DNA of 64,000 nucleotides from Narcine bancroftii. Taxonomy: Eukaryota. The stretch lies in assembly GCF_036971445.1 (NCBI RefSeq), contig NC_091474.1, positions 27,342,001-27,406,000 on the forward strand, given 5' to 3'. Shown in pieces: positions 36,872 through 50,854 of the stretch. Position 1 is the stretch's first letter. Each line of letters begins with the position of its first letter. The translations under genes were made by a program, and so were the position numbers. The notes beneath the pieces were generated by a model. That model was given only the letters and a program-made list of their open reading frames with translations. It ran no database searches and was not told the DNA's origin.

Positions 36872-39296
36872 CTGTAGAGGGAGATCAGAACCAAACGCCT
36901 TGAGAGGGAGACTGCTTCACTTTCTCAGAATTTTCTATTTATTTGTGCACAGAACCAGAGAACATGGCAGAAAACAGGCCCTTCTAGCTCAGTGGTTCTC
37001 AACCTTTTTCCCCCACTCACATACCCCCTTAAGTAATCCCTTACTAATCACAGAGCACCTACAGCCACGAGAACAGTGGATGAACTATTATTTTGCGAAG
37101 TCCCAAAACTTACCAACAGTCCATAGCCTTCCATACCCATCCCATCCATGTACCTGTCCAAATTTTTCTTAAAATGTTAAAATTGAGCTCTGCATTCATC
37201 ACTTTAGCTGGCAGCTGTTTCACACTTCCACCACTCTCTGTGTGAATAAGTTCCCCCTTGTGTTCCCCCTAAACTTTTCCCCTTTCACTCTTAACCCATG
37301 CACTCTGGTTTGTATCTCACCTACCTTCATTTGGAAAAGCCTACCTACATTTACTCTGTCTATCCCCCACATAATTTTGTACATCTCTATCAAATCTCCC
37401 CTTATTCTTTTAAGATCCAGGGAATAAAGTCCTAACCTGTTTAACTTTTCCTTGTAACTCAGTTCAAGTCCCAGCAACGTCCAACTAAATCTTCTTTACA
37501 GTCTTGCAATTCTATTAATATCTTTCCTGTAGTTAGGTGACCAAAACTGCACACAATACTCCAAATTTGGCCTCACCAATGGCTTATACAGGTGCCAAAC
37601 ATTTTATCCAGGATCATCGGGACCGGACACCTGCCATTGTTTGGAATTTTCTGGATTTGGGTGCAGGTCAATTGATCTCTGCCCCTTTAAGCAAACTTCT
37701 CGCTTCTAGCCCCCCACTGTCCACTTACCCCCCAACCTCCCCGGCTTTCTATTGCCCTTGCCCCTTCGCCTCCGCCCTCCCACCCCGCCAGCCATCCGTC
37801 GACCCTCCCGGACTGGCCATCTCTCTGTCAGCTCCCACCCCTGACTAATCTGTGCCCTAGGTTGGGCTGAGCACGGTTGGGGGGGTGGGGAGGGGAGGGG
37901 TTGCTGTACAGAAGGCTCTCAACCAGCGCATTGGTCAGGACTGGTGGGGACTGGTGTGGTCTACCTTGAAGCCAATGTCAAATCCAGTTTACTACCTCAT
38001 TATGAATACCGAGGAACTGAACGTTCCTGTTGGTCATTTCAGCCCTTTGAGGCTCATACATCAATCCTGTTCCCTCACAAAGTTGTCCCTTTCCTCTTTT
38101 TCACATGCCCCTACCTCCCCCTAGATTCCATCCTTCACCTGCTCATTAGGGACAATTTAGGTAGGACAACTGACCTGCACGTCTTTAGATCATGGAAGGA
38201 AACTAGAGCACCCAGGGGAATCCCACCTGGTTACAAGGAAAATGTGCAAACTTCACACAGACAATGCCCGAGGTCAGGATCAAAACGAGGTCTCAGGAGC
38301 TGTGAAGCAGCAGCTCTACTAATTGTGCCAATATACCAAAGAATGTCCCAGCCACAAAAATACTGCTGCATTGCAAATGTGAAAGCTAATCTGTGGACAG
38401 CAAGATTCCACAAATGATGACATGGCAATGGCCAGATCATTTGTTTCTCAGAAAGGTTGGTTGACGGAGAAATATTGAACAGAACCTAATGGGGATTTAC
38501 CCTGTTCTTGTTAAAGAATGCATGGTACTACACTGCCGTCCAATACTGCAGAACGAGCTTGATTGAGGTGCATCACTTCCTTAGTGGAGCATCAGCCTCG
38601 AGCCAGCCATTCTTAATGAGGGCCCTACAGCCCCCCTGGGGGCCACAGCACATTTAAATAAAAGCTTTGTTTTATTTTGACCTCACGTTTTTTTTAATGT
38701 CATTGGTCGTAGAGACGTATGGAAGAAACCAAAACATGACTGCAGGGAAGGGGCCAATAAACTTTGAGCAGAGCCCTGGGTTGGGGGGTGGGGCATAGCT
38801 GAAAACAGGTCAAGAATGGTTGATCTCGGCTTTAAGTTAGGGTTCTCCAATAAGGCTCAAATCCAATCTAAATCGAGAGCCAACGGTGATGCTCTCACTG
38901 TCAGAGTCTGCACAGACTGCAGTGGCTCTGATCCAAGTCCATCACAGACATCCATCTCCTGGCTATTGGAGACATCTGCACGAGGCAAATTTCAGCCAAC
39001 ATTGCAACGGACCCCCATCTCCCTGGTCATGCTCTCTTCTAGCTATTCCCTTCAGGCAGAAGGTACAGGAGCTTGAATCTATCTGCCTAGTTGACAAAGC
39101 AGCCTTTATCACTATGTAAATATATATTTTACTTTTTTCACTTTTTTGTGTGGTTATGTATTATACGACAGATGTTCAATGCATCTGAACACTACTTCTG
39201 TATATGACAATTTGCATGTCATTCATTCAGGTCCTGCTGCAGAGAGCAGTTGAACTGTTGCCAGGAGCCCTGCCTCGACTGGGGTCTCCCCTTTAC

Positions 39297-39506
39297 CTGG
39301 GTGTGGGGCTGCTGTCACTTCCCTTGTAGGATCCAGAGTTGCTGCTGCTGCTGAGGGAAGACGTGGCACAGCTGTCTCGTAACCCGACTGGTGGGGACGT
39401 TCGTCTGGATGGCCGGAGCAGGGGTTGCGTCTCATGCTGTGCTGATGTTGGGGTCAAAGCTGACTTAAACAGGGAGGAGAAACCACTTCTTCCATGGAAG
39501 CCCCGA
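39297..39506 (-). CDS. SNPH: Syntaphilin internal exon (RGFHGRSG...RRTSPPVGLRDSCATSSLSSSSNSGSYKGSDSSPTPR); alternative internal acceptor would start it at 39404
   Basis: Acceptor ctctcccctgtgtccAG, donor GTAAAG, 210 nt, phase 2 to 2. SSLSSSSNSGSYKGSDSSPTPR matches SNPH. Confidence 0.92.
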
Positions 39507-39642
39507 CTGGACACAGGGGAGAGAAGACCATCAGAATAGAGGCACAGAGTTCTAAAGCACAGCAACAGGCCACTTAGCCAACTTGTCCATGCTCACCAAA
39601 TTAGACCCATTTATCTGTACTTGGTCCATATCCCTCTAAACC

Positions 39643-39995
39643 AGGGATGGGCAACCTTTTTTAAAAAACCTCACATTCCACCTTAAATGTTCCCTACGCT
39701 ATAAGTGCTCTGTGATTAGTAAGGGATTACTTAAGGTGGTATGCAACTGAAAAGAAAAAGGTTTGGAAACCACTGTTTAATTGTATCTAACTGACTTGTT
39801 GAGTGGACGGTTTAATAACTCCAAAAGAAATGGGCCAATGACAATTTTTCTCAAGTGAAATATTTCAGTAACAGTTGGGTCTAGAGCAATGGTTTTAACC
39901 TTCCCTTTCCACTCACATACCACTTTAAGTAATCCCTTACCAATCACAGAGCACTAATGGCATAGGGAATACTTAAGGTGGAATGTGAGTTTTAA
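39643..39995. mobile_element. hAT-type MITE family (ccactcacataccaccttaag core); other copies 36990-37060, 56322-56690, 58168-58300
   Basis: CAGTGGTTCTCAAC / CAGGGATGGGCAAC-type termini and shared internal palindromic repeats. Confidence 0.65.
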
Positions 39996-42900
39996 GCTAA
40001 ACCCTCCATATCTATGTGCCCAATAAAAAAATCTTTTGAAGGTTGAATATCCACCACCCTCTGTGTGAAGAGGATACGCCTCAGTTCCCTTTCAAATCTT
40101 TTCCCTCTAACCTTAAATCTACATCCTCTAGTTTTGGATTTACTCATCTGGGAAAAAGGATATGACTGTTTACCTTATCTATGCCCTCTGTGATTTAATA
40201 AACTTCTATAAGGTCCCTCTAAGCCTCTATGAGTGAAGGAAATACATCCCAGCTTGTCCAACCCTTTCTTATAATTTAAGACTCCCAATTTTGCAACAAA
40301 TTGCTTGATTTTTTTCTTCACCTTTTTCATCTTTCGTACAGCTGGATGACCAAAACAGAACACAATACTCCATATGTAGTCTCACCAAGGTCCTGTACAG
40401 CTGAAACATGACACCCCTGCTCCTGTACTCTGTGCCTGACTGCTAAAGACAAGCACATCAAACACCTTCACCACCTTGCCTACCAGTGTCATTACTTCTG
40501 TGGAACTAGATTCTCCCCCCCACCCCTCCAAGTCTCTTTTGTTCAACCACACTCTTCAGGGCCCTCCCATTCACTGTGCAAGTTCTGCTCTGGTTTAACC
40601 CACCAAAATGCAACCCCTCACGCTTGTCCAAGTTAAACTTCATTGGCCATTCCATAGATGGCCTTATTCAGAAGCCGATTCAAAGCTCACCAACAGTTTT
40701 GCATTTTATTCAAAACTAAGCTGGATTATTTTGGATGAGTGAAGAGAACAAGTTCAACCTTTACCTAGTGAAGCTATTAGAAAGCGTAATCCTTCTTTAA
40801 CACTTCACCCTGAACAGCCCAAAGGTCTCCAGCCCACCATCGCTTGCTCCCAACCCTTTAAATGACTGATGAGATCACTCTGCAGGCATTTGCTTCAGAT
40901 TGCCTCTCAAAGTAATAGGACACTGATTTTAGTGTTGCTGGACTGAAGCTAATAACTATTGGTGCTTTGGAGATAACAGAACAATCACAAAAGCAGACTG
41001 ATGGCAACAATAAAGATGTACCTTGACATGTCAGGCCTCATGCCCCATGGCACCATGCATTATGTGTCCTTACTGATGTCCATTATTTTCACTGATGTAC
41101 AGAGGAAGGACATGATTTTATATTAAATCATAAATTTGAACGAATTGAATGTTTCTGACTGGCTCATTGCGACCAGGTATCAGAACCGGGATTCAAGAGG
41201 GTGCTAAGGCCAAGAAGGGCTCCTGAAGGGTCTCGGGTGCTGAAGGCTTCCAGATCATGTTGGAGGTTTGGATCTGGAGCTTGGGTTGCTGATGGAGGAG
41301 CACTGGAGGCAAATCCATGGACTCTCAGTGATTGAAGGGACTTTCTTTTTCTTCTCTTTCTCTCGTACTGTAAGGGTTGCTGGGCAGCAGTAATGGCAAC
41401 TCTTTGTCCGCCTTACAGTATGCAGAAGGAAATTTCATGTTCTGTACTATTACATGACAATTAAAGAATCTTGAAAATTCTGCAATTGGTTTCTCACAAC
41501 CTCTTGTTTACTGAATTACTGATCTAGTGGCAACAAAGAGGTTAATTTTGTACAGAGAAGATAAAAATCAGGAGGATGCCATTTGACCCCCTTTGCCAGT
41601 TCTGTTGTTAATCAGATTGTGGTTCACTAACTTCACTAACTTTCCTGCCCTAATCCCCTAATATTCAAAACTACCATGATCTATTTGAGTGACTGGACTG
41701 CCAATCCTTTTTTCGGTCGAGAATTCCAAAGATTCAACCCTCCCCAGATGTAAAATGTCTGTCCTGAATGGAAGCCTTCTACTTTGAAAGAGTCACCCCT
41801 TGCTCTCGACTCCCTGGCCAGATGAAAGTGCCTCTCTGTGCCCATCCTGACGTGGACTGCAATGGTTCAAGAAGGCAGCTTCCTACCACAACTCAGGGGA
41901 AATTAAATGCTGGCTCAGCCTGTGAAGCCTAAGTCCCTTGAATGAATAAACATGAAGCTTTAGCTACAGTATTATGTTTCAGCTAGACCTCCTCTCAACT
42001 CAAGGACAGAGATTGTAGAACTGACCTCGTTCAATCTGTTTAGGTCTCTGACACCCACAATTACATGAGCTGTTGATCAAGACATGAGACAAAGTTGATA
42101 GTACATTTCCCAGGAGGCATCGGTATGAAGCAGTCAAGAGGAGAAATCCTGCACCCCAACACTCTACCTCACCTTCCTCTGAGGAACTAGGCTGTCCAAA
42201 CGTACTGTGGACAGGTTGCGATCTACTGACAATACAAATGTGAAGCAGCATTAAATAAATTGGAATACTTGATCATATAGTGTGGAAGAGATTCACCAGT
42301 TTGTTGCCTAGAATGGAGGGTTGTTATAAAGATGCTGGGGTTATTCTCACTCACTGGAGCATTGGAGGCTGAGGGGTGACCTTACAGAAATTAATACAAT
42401 TATGAAAAGTGTGGGTAGAGTTGATTTCTCCCAGAGAGGGAAAATCTAAATGTAGAGGGCACAGATGAAAGGGGAAAGATTTAAATGGGATCTGTGGGGC
42501 AAGACTGTCATAGAGAGTGGTGGGTGTGTGGAATGAGGTGCCAGAGGAAGCAGAAGGAGAATCCCAAGGCATTTTTTTTTTAACATATATTAGGAGCAAG
42601 AAGGCAGCTAGGGAAAGGACAGGTTCATTCAAGAACAAAGGAGGGAATTTAATGAATATCTTAACCCCAAGCCCCATGTATCCTTAACTTATGGATGTTT
42701 ATTATATGGCATCTATTAAACAGCTTCTGGAAATCGAAGTACTCAAGACCCAGCTGTTCCTCTCTATCCACTGCACTTGTTATACCCTCAATGAACTCCA
42801 TCAAGTTTGTCAAACATGACCTGCCTTTCCTGAATCCATGCTGCATCTGCCTGATGGAATGATTTCTATATAGCTATCTTGCTATTTCTTCCTTAATGAG

Positions 42901-45836
42901 AGCTTCAGCCATTTTCCAGACTAACCGACTGACCTCTAATTATCTGCCTTCTGCAAATATAATTTTTAAACAATGGTGTGAGATTTGCTGACTTCCAGAC
43001 TGCCAGGACCCACAAATGATCACAAATGCTTTTCCATCAAGACCAGGGGATGTATCTACTTTTAGATCCACTAGATTGCTCAGCACTGCCTCTTTATTGA
43101 TAGGAGTTATACTGAGGTCCTCACCTCCCATCATACCTAGATTGAAGATTCCTTTATTGTTATGTAATAGTGCAGAACATGTAATATTACACGAAAATCC
43201 CTTCTGACTGCGGTAAGGCAGACAACGAGTCGCATTAATATCACCTGGTGCCCCTTACAGTGCAAGAGAAAGAGAAGCAAAAGGAAGTTCCTTCAGAGTC
43301 ACTGAGTGTCTGTGGATTTACCTCCTGCACTCCCAATACCTCATTAGCATCTAGACACCATGAAGAGCAACACAAAATAGTCCTTCAAGGCCTCAGTCAT
43401 GAACGCATCATCCAATTAATTAATTAGCCACCATTTTCTGCTTTATATAATTCTAAAAACTTTTACTTCCTAGTTTTATATTTTGGGAGACCTTGGACAA
43501 ACTGTGATTGATTTCCCTGGAGCACCAGAGACTGAGAGGGCAGCTTGACAGAAGTTTACAAAATTATGAGGGGAATAGAAAGGGTAAATGGACAGTCTTT
43601 TTCCAAGAATGGAAAGGCCAAAATACTAGAAAGCGTGGGTTTAAGACAAGCAGGGGAATGTTTAAAGAAGATTTAAGTATTTTTCTACACATAGGGTGTA
43701 GATGCTTGAAACACCCTGCCAGGGGAGGTGTTGGAAGCAGATACAATAGTAACATGCAAGAGCCATAGAAACAGGAATTATGAGATATGAATAGAGGGAT
43801 TATGAAATACATCATATTAGCATCACGGACAGCATTGATGTGCTGGCCAAAGGGCCGGTTCCTGTTCTGTACTGTTCCATGTTTCTCCAGGAGGAAAGAG
43901 ATATGGGCCTAATCAGGCAACTCTCAGCCAGTGTGGATGAGGTGGGCTGTGGGGCCCATATACGTGATCTTTATGACTCAGTGTCAAACTACGTGCTAAA
44001 TTGGCAATTTGTAAACACTCCACAGTTGTGATCTGGAGTGTGTTGCCCTAAAGAATGCTCAAAGAAAATTCCATGATCATTTAAAATGCAATACTAAATA
44101 TGAAAATCAACAGTCTGGTGAAATCTGGGCACCATTCAACATTCTTTTCCATGTTTTCTTGGAGGTTGTCAACCCCAGACCACTTACTTCTCACCTATCT
44201 TCTCTCACAAGCCATTAACTCCCCTCTCACATAAAGTATACCGAGGGCAATTCACAGTGTCCAATTAATCTGACAACCAGCACTCTTTGGGGCACACACA
44301 GGAGAAACCTACACAGTCACAGGGGGAATGTGCAAACTCAACAGACAGTGCCCGAGGCCAGGAATGAACTAGGGTCACTCAAGCTGTGATTATAACTGAG
44401 CTACTAGAGTCACACAACAGATGAGGTGAGTTCCTTAATCCAGGAGACTCCAAGCTACCATGAAGCAGCACCGATCTCAATCTTTATCTTAATACAAACA
44501 AGGGTGTGGGACCTTATGGGGTAGGAGTATGTGGACTGGGGCCTTAACTACATCTGTACTATTCATATCATGGTCCCCAGAGCAGCTGGTTCCTTATTCC
44601 TATAATTCTCTGGTATAAAACTTCCTCCTGAATTTTTATTCCTGACTGAGTTTTGGCTCAGAGGCTCACAGCACAGACCCATTGGTTCATGATATTCATT
44701 TCTGGGATCTGGTGAGGTGAAATTATTGCCTATTCATAATTTCCCCCCCAGCCCCCAGGAAGTAATTTGAAGGTCTCTAACCTACATTGGTTCTTCTGGA
44801 TTTTCCAAAGGATAGGATCCGATGTGAAGTGGACTGAGGAGCTAGCAGCAACTGCACCGAGCATACCACGAGATGCTAGAGGAACTCAGACGGTCAGGTA
44901 GCATCCATGGGTGGAACTGGAAAGTCAACATTTCAGCTGGGGAATCTGCCCACAAGTGCTGCCCCGTCCACTGAGTTCTTCCTGTTTCTTGTCTGTTCAA
45001 GATTTCAGGATCTCTTCTCTGTGGCTGCATGGAGTCCCACTGACCATCAACCACCCAGTTCCACCAATCTGACATTAATCCCACTTTTCATTTCCCCCAA
45101 ATGCAACCCCTCACTTCTACTTGGTTATTTTAGTTTAATTGATTATTTACCGCAAAGTAGAATCTGCTTTTGGCCACTTAAACGAATTACACCCATAGAA
45201 CATTACAGCACAGACACAGGTCCTTCAGCTCTTCTATTCTGTGTCAAACTATTTTCTGCCTAGACCCACTGGCCTGCATCGAGTCCATAGACCTCCATAC
45301 CTCTCCCATCCACATACCTGTCCAAATTTTACTTAAAATTGTGCCCAAATCTACAAGCTCCATGCATTTTGAATGATGAGAGGGAACTGGAGCACTTGTG
45401 GAAAATTCACAGTGATGCGGGGGGAAAATATAAACTCCTTACCGACAGCACGGGATTCAAACCCGGGTCACTAGCGCTGTGATACTGTCATGCTAACAGC
45501 CCAACTCATGGGATAACCTAGTGGCCAATTTTCCCACCGACCTGCACATCTTTGGGAAATGGAAGGAAGCCAGGGTACTCAGGGGAAACCCATGCTGTCA
45601 CAGGAGGAACGTGAAAACTCCACACGGACTGCGCCTGAGGTCAGGATTGAACGTGGGTCTTTGGACCTGTGAGGCAGCGACTACCTGCTGTGCCAAGGTG
45701 CCATCTGGCTCCTCCCACAAGGGAACATTTTGTCTCCACATCTGTCCTGTCAACCCCCTGCATCATCTCCATCAGATCAGCCTCGGACTGTCCGCCATAC
45801 TGGAAACTCATTCAATCCATATTCACATACGCCTAC

Positions 45837-45885
45837 CTCCGTGATGCAGTTGGTCGTCTGCTTCCTGATCCTGACATGGACGTCA
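45837..45885 (-). CDS. SNPH: Syntaphilin short N-terminal exon (TSMSGSGSRRPTASR); in-frame ATG at 45877
   Basis: Acceptor ttcccaacAG, donor GTAGGC, 49 nt, phase 1 to 2, joining the next exon in frame. Resembles mammalian MAMSLPGSRRTSAGSR. Confidence 0.8.
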
Positions 45886-47933
45886 CTGTTGGGAACCACA
45901 GGCAACCTGAAAAAAGCAGAAGGTCCAAATTGAATAGCAGAACCACTCAGCCTAGGTTTCCCAGCTCTGGACATGCCTTCATCACCAATCTCTTGCCTTG
46001 AATCGCCCCACTCCTTTGAGCATCTCACATGTGCATCCTTGCTGTGTCCCACCATCTCATGAATTTCTAGGCAACTGTGTATTTTGCAGCAGCCATCACA
46101 GGCTTACTAATGGTGGTTCCATCCCGGCCCCAAGCTCAAACACCACACACCATCCTTCAAATACTCCTGAAATCTCTCTACCCCAGCTTTATGCAGCTCA
46201 GCCCAGGGTGGGTCAGTGTAAATGAAGTTTACAATGATTTAATGGGTCTGTGAATTTTAGCCCCAGTGTTCAGTCTAGATAGAGCCTGGGATGATTTTGA
46301 TAGGCTCAGTGAGGACAAGTGGAACATTGAGAGGCTGAGGGGTCGTATTACCCTTTGCAGAGAGATTAATAATTGTTGGCAGAGATTGAAGGCGACTAAC
46401 AAAAGATCAAGAGGTGTTCAGGACATTTTTGTGGGTCTGGAACTCACTGGTGGACAGGGCAGCAGAAGCTGAAACCCTTGTCACATTTTCAGGCCCCTGG
46501 ACATACACTGACATGATGAATGAGATTTGGGAATTGATCAGATTGGATCAGTCTTCTTGTCCGAGATGAACACGAAGGACCAAATCACCTCCTTCTGAGC
46601 TGTACATTTCAATAGTTCAGCACATTGTGGCTCAGTTCACATTTTCAGTTGTGGTTCCTTGTATTTCCATGCTTAAAAGACGTTATCTAGATAACAAAAT
46701 CTTGGTGATTTTTGGAATTGAATTGACTGCAGTCCAATAGTTTGTGTCCCTATGACTCTAGGAAATATGAATCAGGGATAGAACCAACCTCCCTGAATTC
46801 CATGCATCTTCTGCTGTGTGACGTGATAAACACCACACTGCCCACACAGTCTCTTGTGATTTCCAGGCAACCAGTAGCACTCCAGTAAAACACGGAAGTC
46901 TGCAAACACCACGATTGAAGTAAAAACACAACGCTGGAGAAACTCAGCAGGTCAAACAGTGTACTTTATATAGCAAAGATAAAAATACATAACCAGCATT
47001 TTGGGCTTTAGCCCTTTTTCAAGATATGAGCAAAATGTAGGTAGGTGCCCAAGATACGGAAGAATTTCTTTAGCTAGAGAGTGATGAACTTCTGCAATTT
47101 GCCACCATGAGTGGCTGTGGAAGCCAGGTCGTTGAGTATATTTAAGGCAGAGATTGATAGGTATCTGAATAGTCAGGATATCAAGAGTTATGGGGGGAAA
47201 GGCAGGAGAGTGAGGTTGAGTGGGAGAATGGATCAGCTCATTATTAAATGGCGGGGCAGACTTGACAGGCTGAATGGCCTACTTCTGCTCATATATCTTA
47301 TGGTTTGTGATCGTAGTAAAATCACAACAATGTTGGAGGAACTTAGCAGGTCACTCAGCATCTATGGGAGGTTGCTATCACATCCGAAACAACAGACTGG
47401 ACTGCCGCACTGCCAGATACTATCTTTCAGATCACATTTAAGCCAAGTCCCTGGCTGCATCTCAGGCCCAGGGTAATGCTTCATACCAGCAAAGGTGTTC
47501 TTCTTGATTATCCTATGTCTGTAGGATCTTCCGTTGCAACAGGGAATTTCAAAAATACTGTGACTGTGATGAGTTTTAGACTCCTAGCATCATGGAAGGC
47601 GCTACAGAAATGCAAGTCTTTCTTTTCTCTTTCGCAAAACGAGTCATTCCTGGGTGCCCATTTCTGCTGGGTGTCCTTAGCAACCGCCATCTAGTATCTG
47701 ATGTTGCTATGGGGATAAATGGGAGCCGGCAACAACTCTGAGCTCTGTTTCAGAACAGGCAGGGTACCCAGATGTGGGAAACCTGCTTCTTTACCTTGGG
47801 AAATTTGACTGGTAGCTAAAGAGAGATTTGTAAGCTATAGAAAAGTCAGTGAAATGGATTTGGACATCTAAATGCTGGGGAGGGTTCACAACAATGTCTA
47901 AAGGTAGGGCCATAAATAAAAACATAAGAAATG

Positions 47934-48164
47934 TGTAGAGCGTGTCGAAAGAATCAAAGGCTTGTTGATCCAAACCAAGGCTTTTGTTAACTAGAAGACT
48001 GGAGCATATCACATGTAGGTCGACCAGTCCAGAATGACCTGGTGTGGCTAGGAGCAACCCTTTAAGACCTGCCAGTAGGCGTGGCTACACTCTCAGCCAA
48101 TCACAGTCATCCTACACTACCATCTGTACATATACACATTGGTGATAGAATCTGTACTATCACA
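47934..48164. mobile_element. Solo LTR (231 bp)
   Basis: TG...CA ends flanked by a 5-bp direct repeat AAATG (47929-47933, 48165-48169). Confidence 0.7.
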
Positions 48165-50854
48165 AAATGGTCACTCAGTAATACTTCAAATAAGGAATTT
48201 GGCCTTATCGCAATGTGAGGTGGATAACCACATGAAGAGAAGGAAAGGCAGAGGGACTCAGATTCCAGTTCTCAAACAGGAAGTGGCTGTCTGTTCTGTA
48301 ATTTTCACTGTGTTAATTAACAGGAGCTGAACTGATAATAAACAGGGGGGCGGAGACTGCAAATCAGCTAGTTATGCATCTGACCCTCAAACAACAGGGG
48401 GGGGGGGTGGTGTTAAGATAAGGTACCACAGTGGAGGGAATGGTGTGAAAAGGAATGAATGTAGCAATGTACAAGTTTCAGATTTATTGTCAGAGCGCAT
48501 ACATCACATACCAACCCTGAAATTTGTTTTCCTTCAGGCGATGCAGAAGTACCACATATTGGTAGTGCAAAAAAAAACTGTACACAACGTACACATGTAA
48601 ATGAATAAAGAAATGTAAACAAACTGGATGCCTAAAGGGGTCCTGCATGAGGACCCCCATGTCCCTATGCACTTCCGAATTTTGAATTTGCTCCCCATCC
48701 AAATAATAATCCGCCTGTTTATTTCCTCTTCCAAAATGTACAACCGTACATTTCTCAACATTGTATCTCATCTGCCATTTCATTCCCCACTCTGCCAAGC
48801 AACCTTTCGGCTTCTTCAATACTTCCTACTCCACCACCTATTTTGGTGTCATCTGCTAACTTAGCCACAAAACCATTCAAACCATAATCTAAATTAGAAG
48901 TTACCCATTTAAAACAGAGATGAGGAAAAATTTCTTTAGCCAGAGTGTTGTGGATTTGTAGAATTCGTTGCCACAAACAGCTGTGGAGGTCCGGTCGTTG
49001 GGGGAGTTTAATGAGGAGATTGCCAGGTATCTAATTAGGATATCAAATGATATGGGAAAAGGCTGGAATTTGGAAATAGATGTGAGAATGGTTTAGCCCA
49101 GGGTGGAGTTACAGAGCAGACCTGATAGGCCAAATGGCCTACTTGTGCTTGTGTTCCTTTATCTTGTGATCTTGTGAACTGACTGCAATACAGAGAGGGA
49201 AAATAAACAATAAAGTCGAAAAGTAAGAGTCCTTAAATGAGTCCCTGATTGAGTTTGTTGTTGAGGAGTCTGATGGTGGAGGGGGAGCAGCTGTTCCTGA
49301 ACCTAGTGGTGTGAATCTTGTGGCACCTAGACCTCTCTCCTGATGGCAGCAGCAAGAACAGAGCGTGTGCTGGATGGTGTAGATCCTTGCTGATTACTCC
49401 TGCAATCCAATGGCAGCGTTCCATTTGGGATGTTCTCAAAGGTGGGGAGAGTTTTGCCTGTGATGTCCTGGGCTGTGTCCACCATCTTTTGCAAGCTTTA
49501 TGCTCAAGGGTATTGGTATCCCCATACCAGGCATGATTCAGCCGGTCAGCACACATTCCACCACACCTCTGTGGAAATTTGCGAGGGTTTCTGGTGTCAT
49601 ATCAAACCTCCACAAACTCCTGAGGAAGTAGAGGCACTGATGATGCCATTAGTGTGTTGGGTCCAGGAAAGATCCTCCAAGATAGTGACTCCCAAGAACT
49701 TAATTTGCTCACACTCTTCACCTTTGATCTCCCAATGATCACTGGAGACTCTGGTTTCCCTTCCTGAAGTTAACAATCGGTTCCTTGGTCTTGGTGACAT
49801 TGAGTGTGAGGTTGTTGTTGGTGCACCATTATGATGGAAATGTACAGATGCAAAACTAAGGATGGGAAGAACATTGGAACAATTTTCTCTTTGTAAATAA
49901 CTTATCGTGAATAAAATCTATTTTGGTTTAAAAAATACTCTCAGTTAGCTCAAGGGTGTTTGCTTTGAATTTCCCCACAAGCTCCCTGTACACTGCACTA
50001 GTGGAAGGGAGGCCAAAGACCAGGTTATCCATGGCTGTGGAGCTATCAGAATGAGAGTCAGTACATCAGGGTGGGGATTGAGACTTCTTCTCACAATGCC
50101 TGCACATATCCAAGATCCGCAGTGTCCCACCAAGACAGGACACGTGGCTTATAGCTTGCAGGTAACATCACTGAGCACCCAGTCTATCAGAGGGAATGTG
50201 TTTCTGACACCAATGGCAGATTCAGCCTTCATCAGCATACTTGCTGCTAACTCCCCTGATATAACTGACAGTACGCGATCTCCTCATCTCCCGCACATCT
50301 TCATTTCCGATGAAGATAAAATGATAAGCTTCTACTGCTATTACTCATGGAATAAATCATAAAATGTTCCAAATAACAGATCAGTACTAAATAACGCACT
50401 GACAAATGCCACTAACTCACTGCTCTCACTGCATCCACGGACATTCTGACTCTGAGGGGACTTTCTTTTGCTTCTATTTCTCTCTTACTGTAAGGGGCGC
50501 TGGGCAATACAAATGACAAATCTTACGGCAGGCAGAAGGCAATATCATGTATTATTACATTTTCCGTTTTACTACATGACAATAAAAGAATCTTAAACTG
50601 AGGAGCCTAAAAACTGCAAATGGTTTTCAGTAGAGATGAATCGTCAATCGACGTTATGATAATGACATGGGAGCTTTTGCATTTATTTGAGATTCTGTTG
50701 GATGTCTCATGCAACCTCAATGTAGCACTGCCCTTGAATATCTGTGATCAAGTTCCACATCGCTGCTCAAATCCTGGAACACCCGACTCAGACAAAACCA
50801 ACAAGGACAAGAAAATTTCAAAACTGGAACTTGATTCTCTCTAGGCAGGGAAGA

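Noticed and set aside
44420-44620. Possible third solo LTR
   Set aside because: I could not define TG...CA ends with a matching TSD.
47508-47690. ORF MAVAKDTQQK... as the SNPH first coding exon
   Set aside because: No convincing phase-1 donor was found, and most of the ORF runs through a SINE tail.
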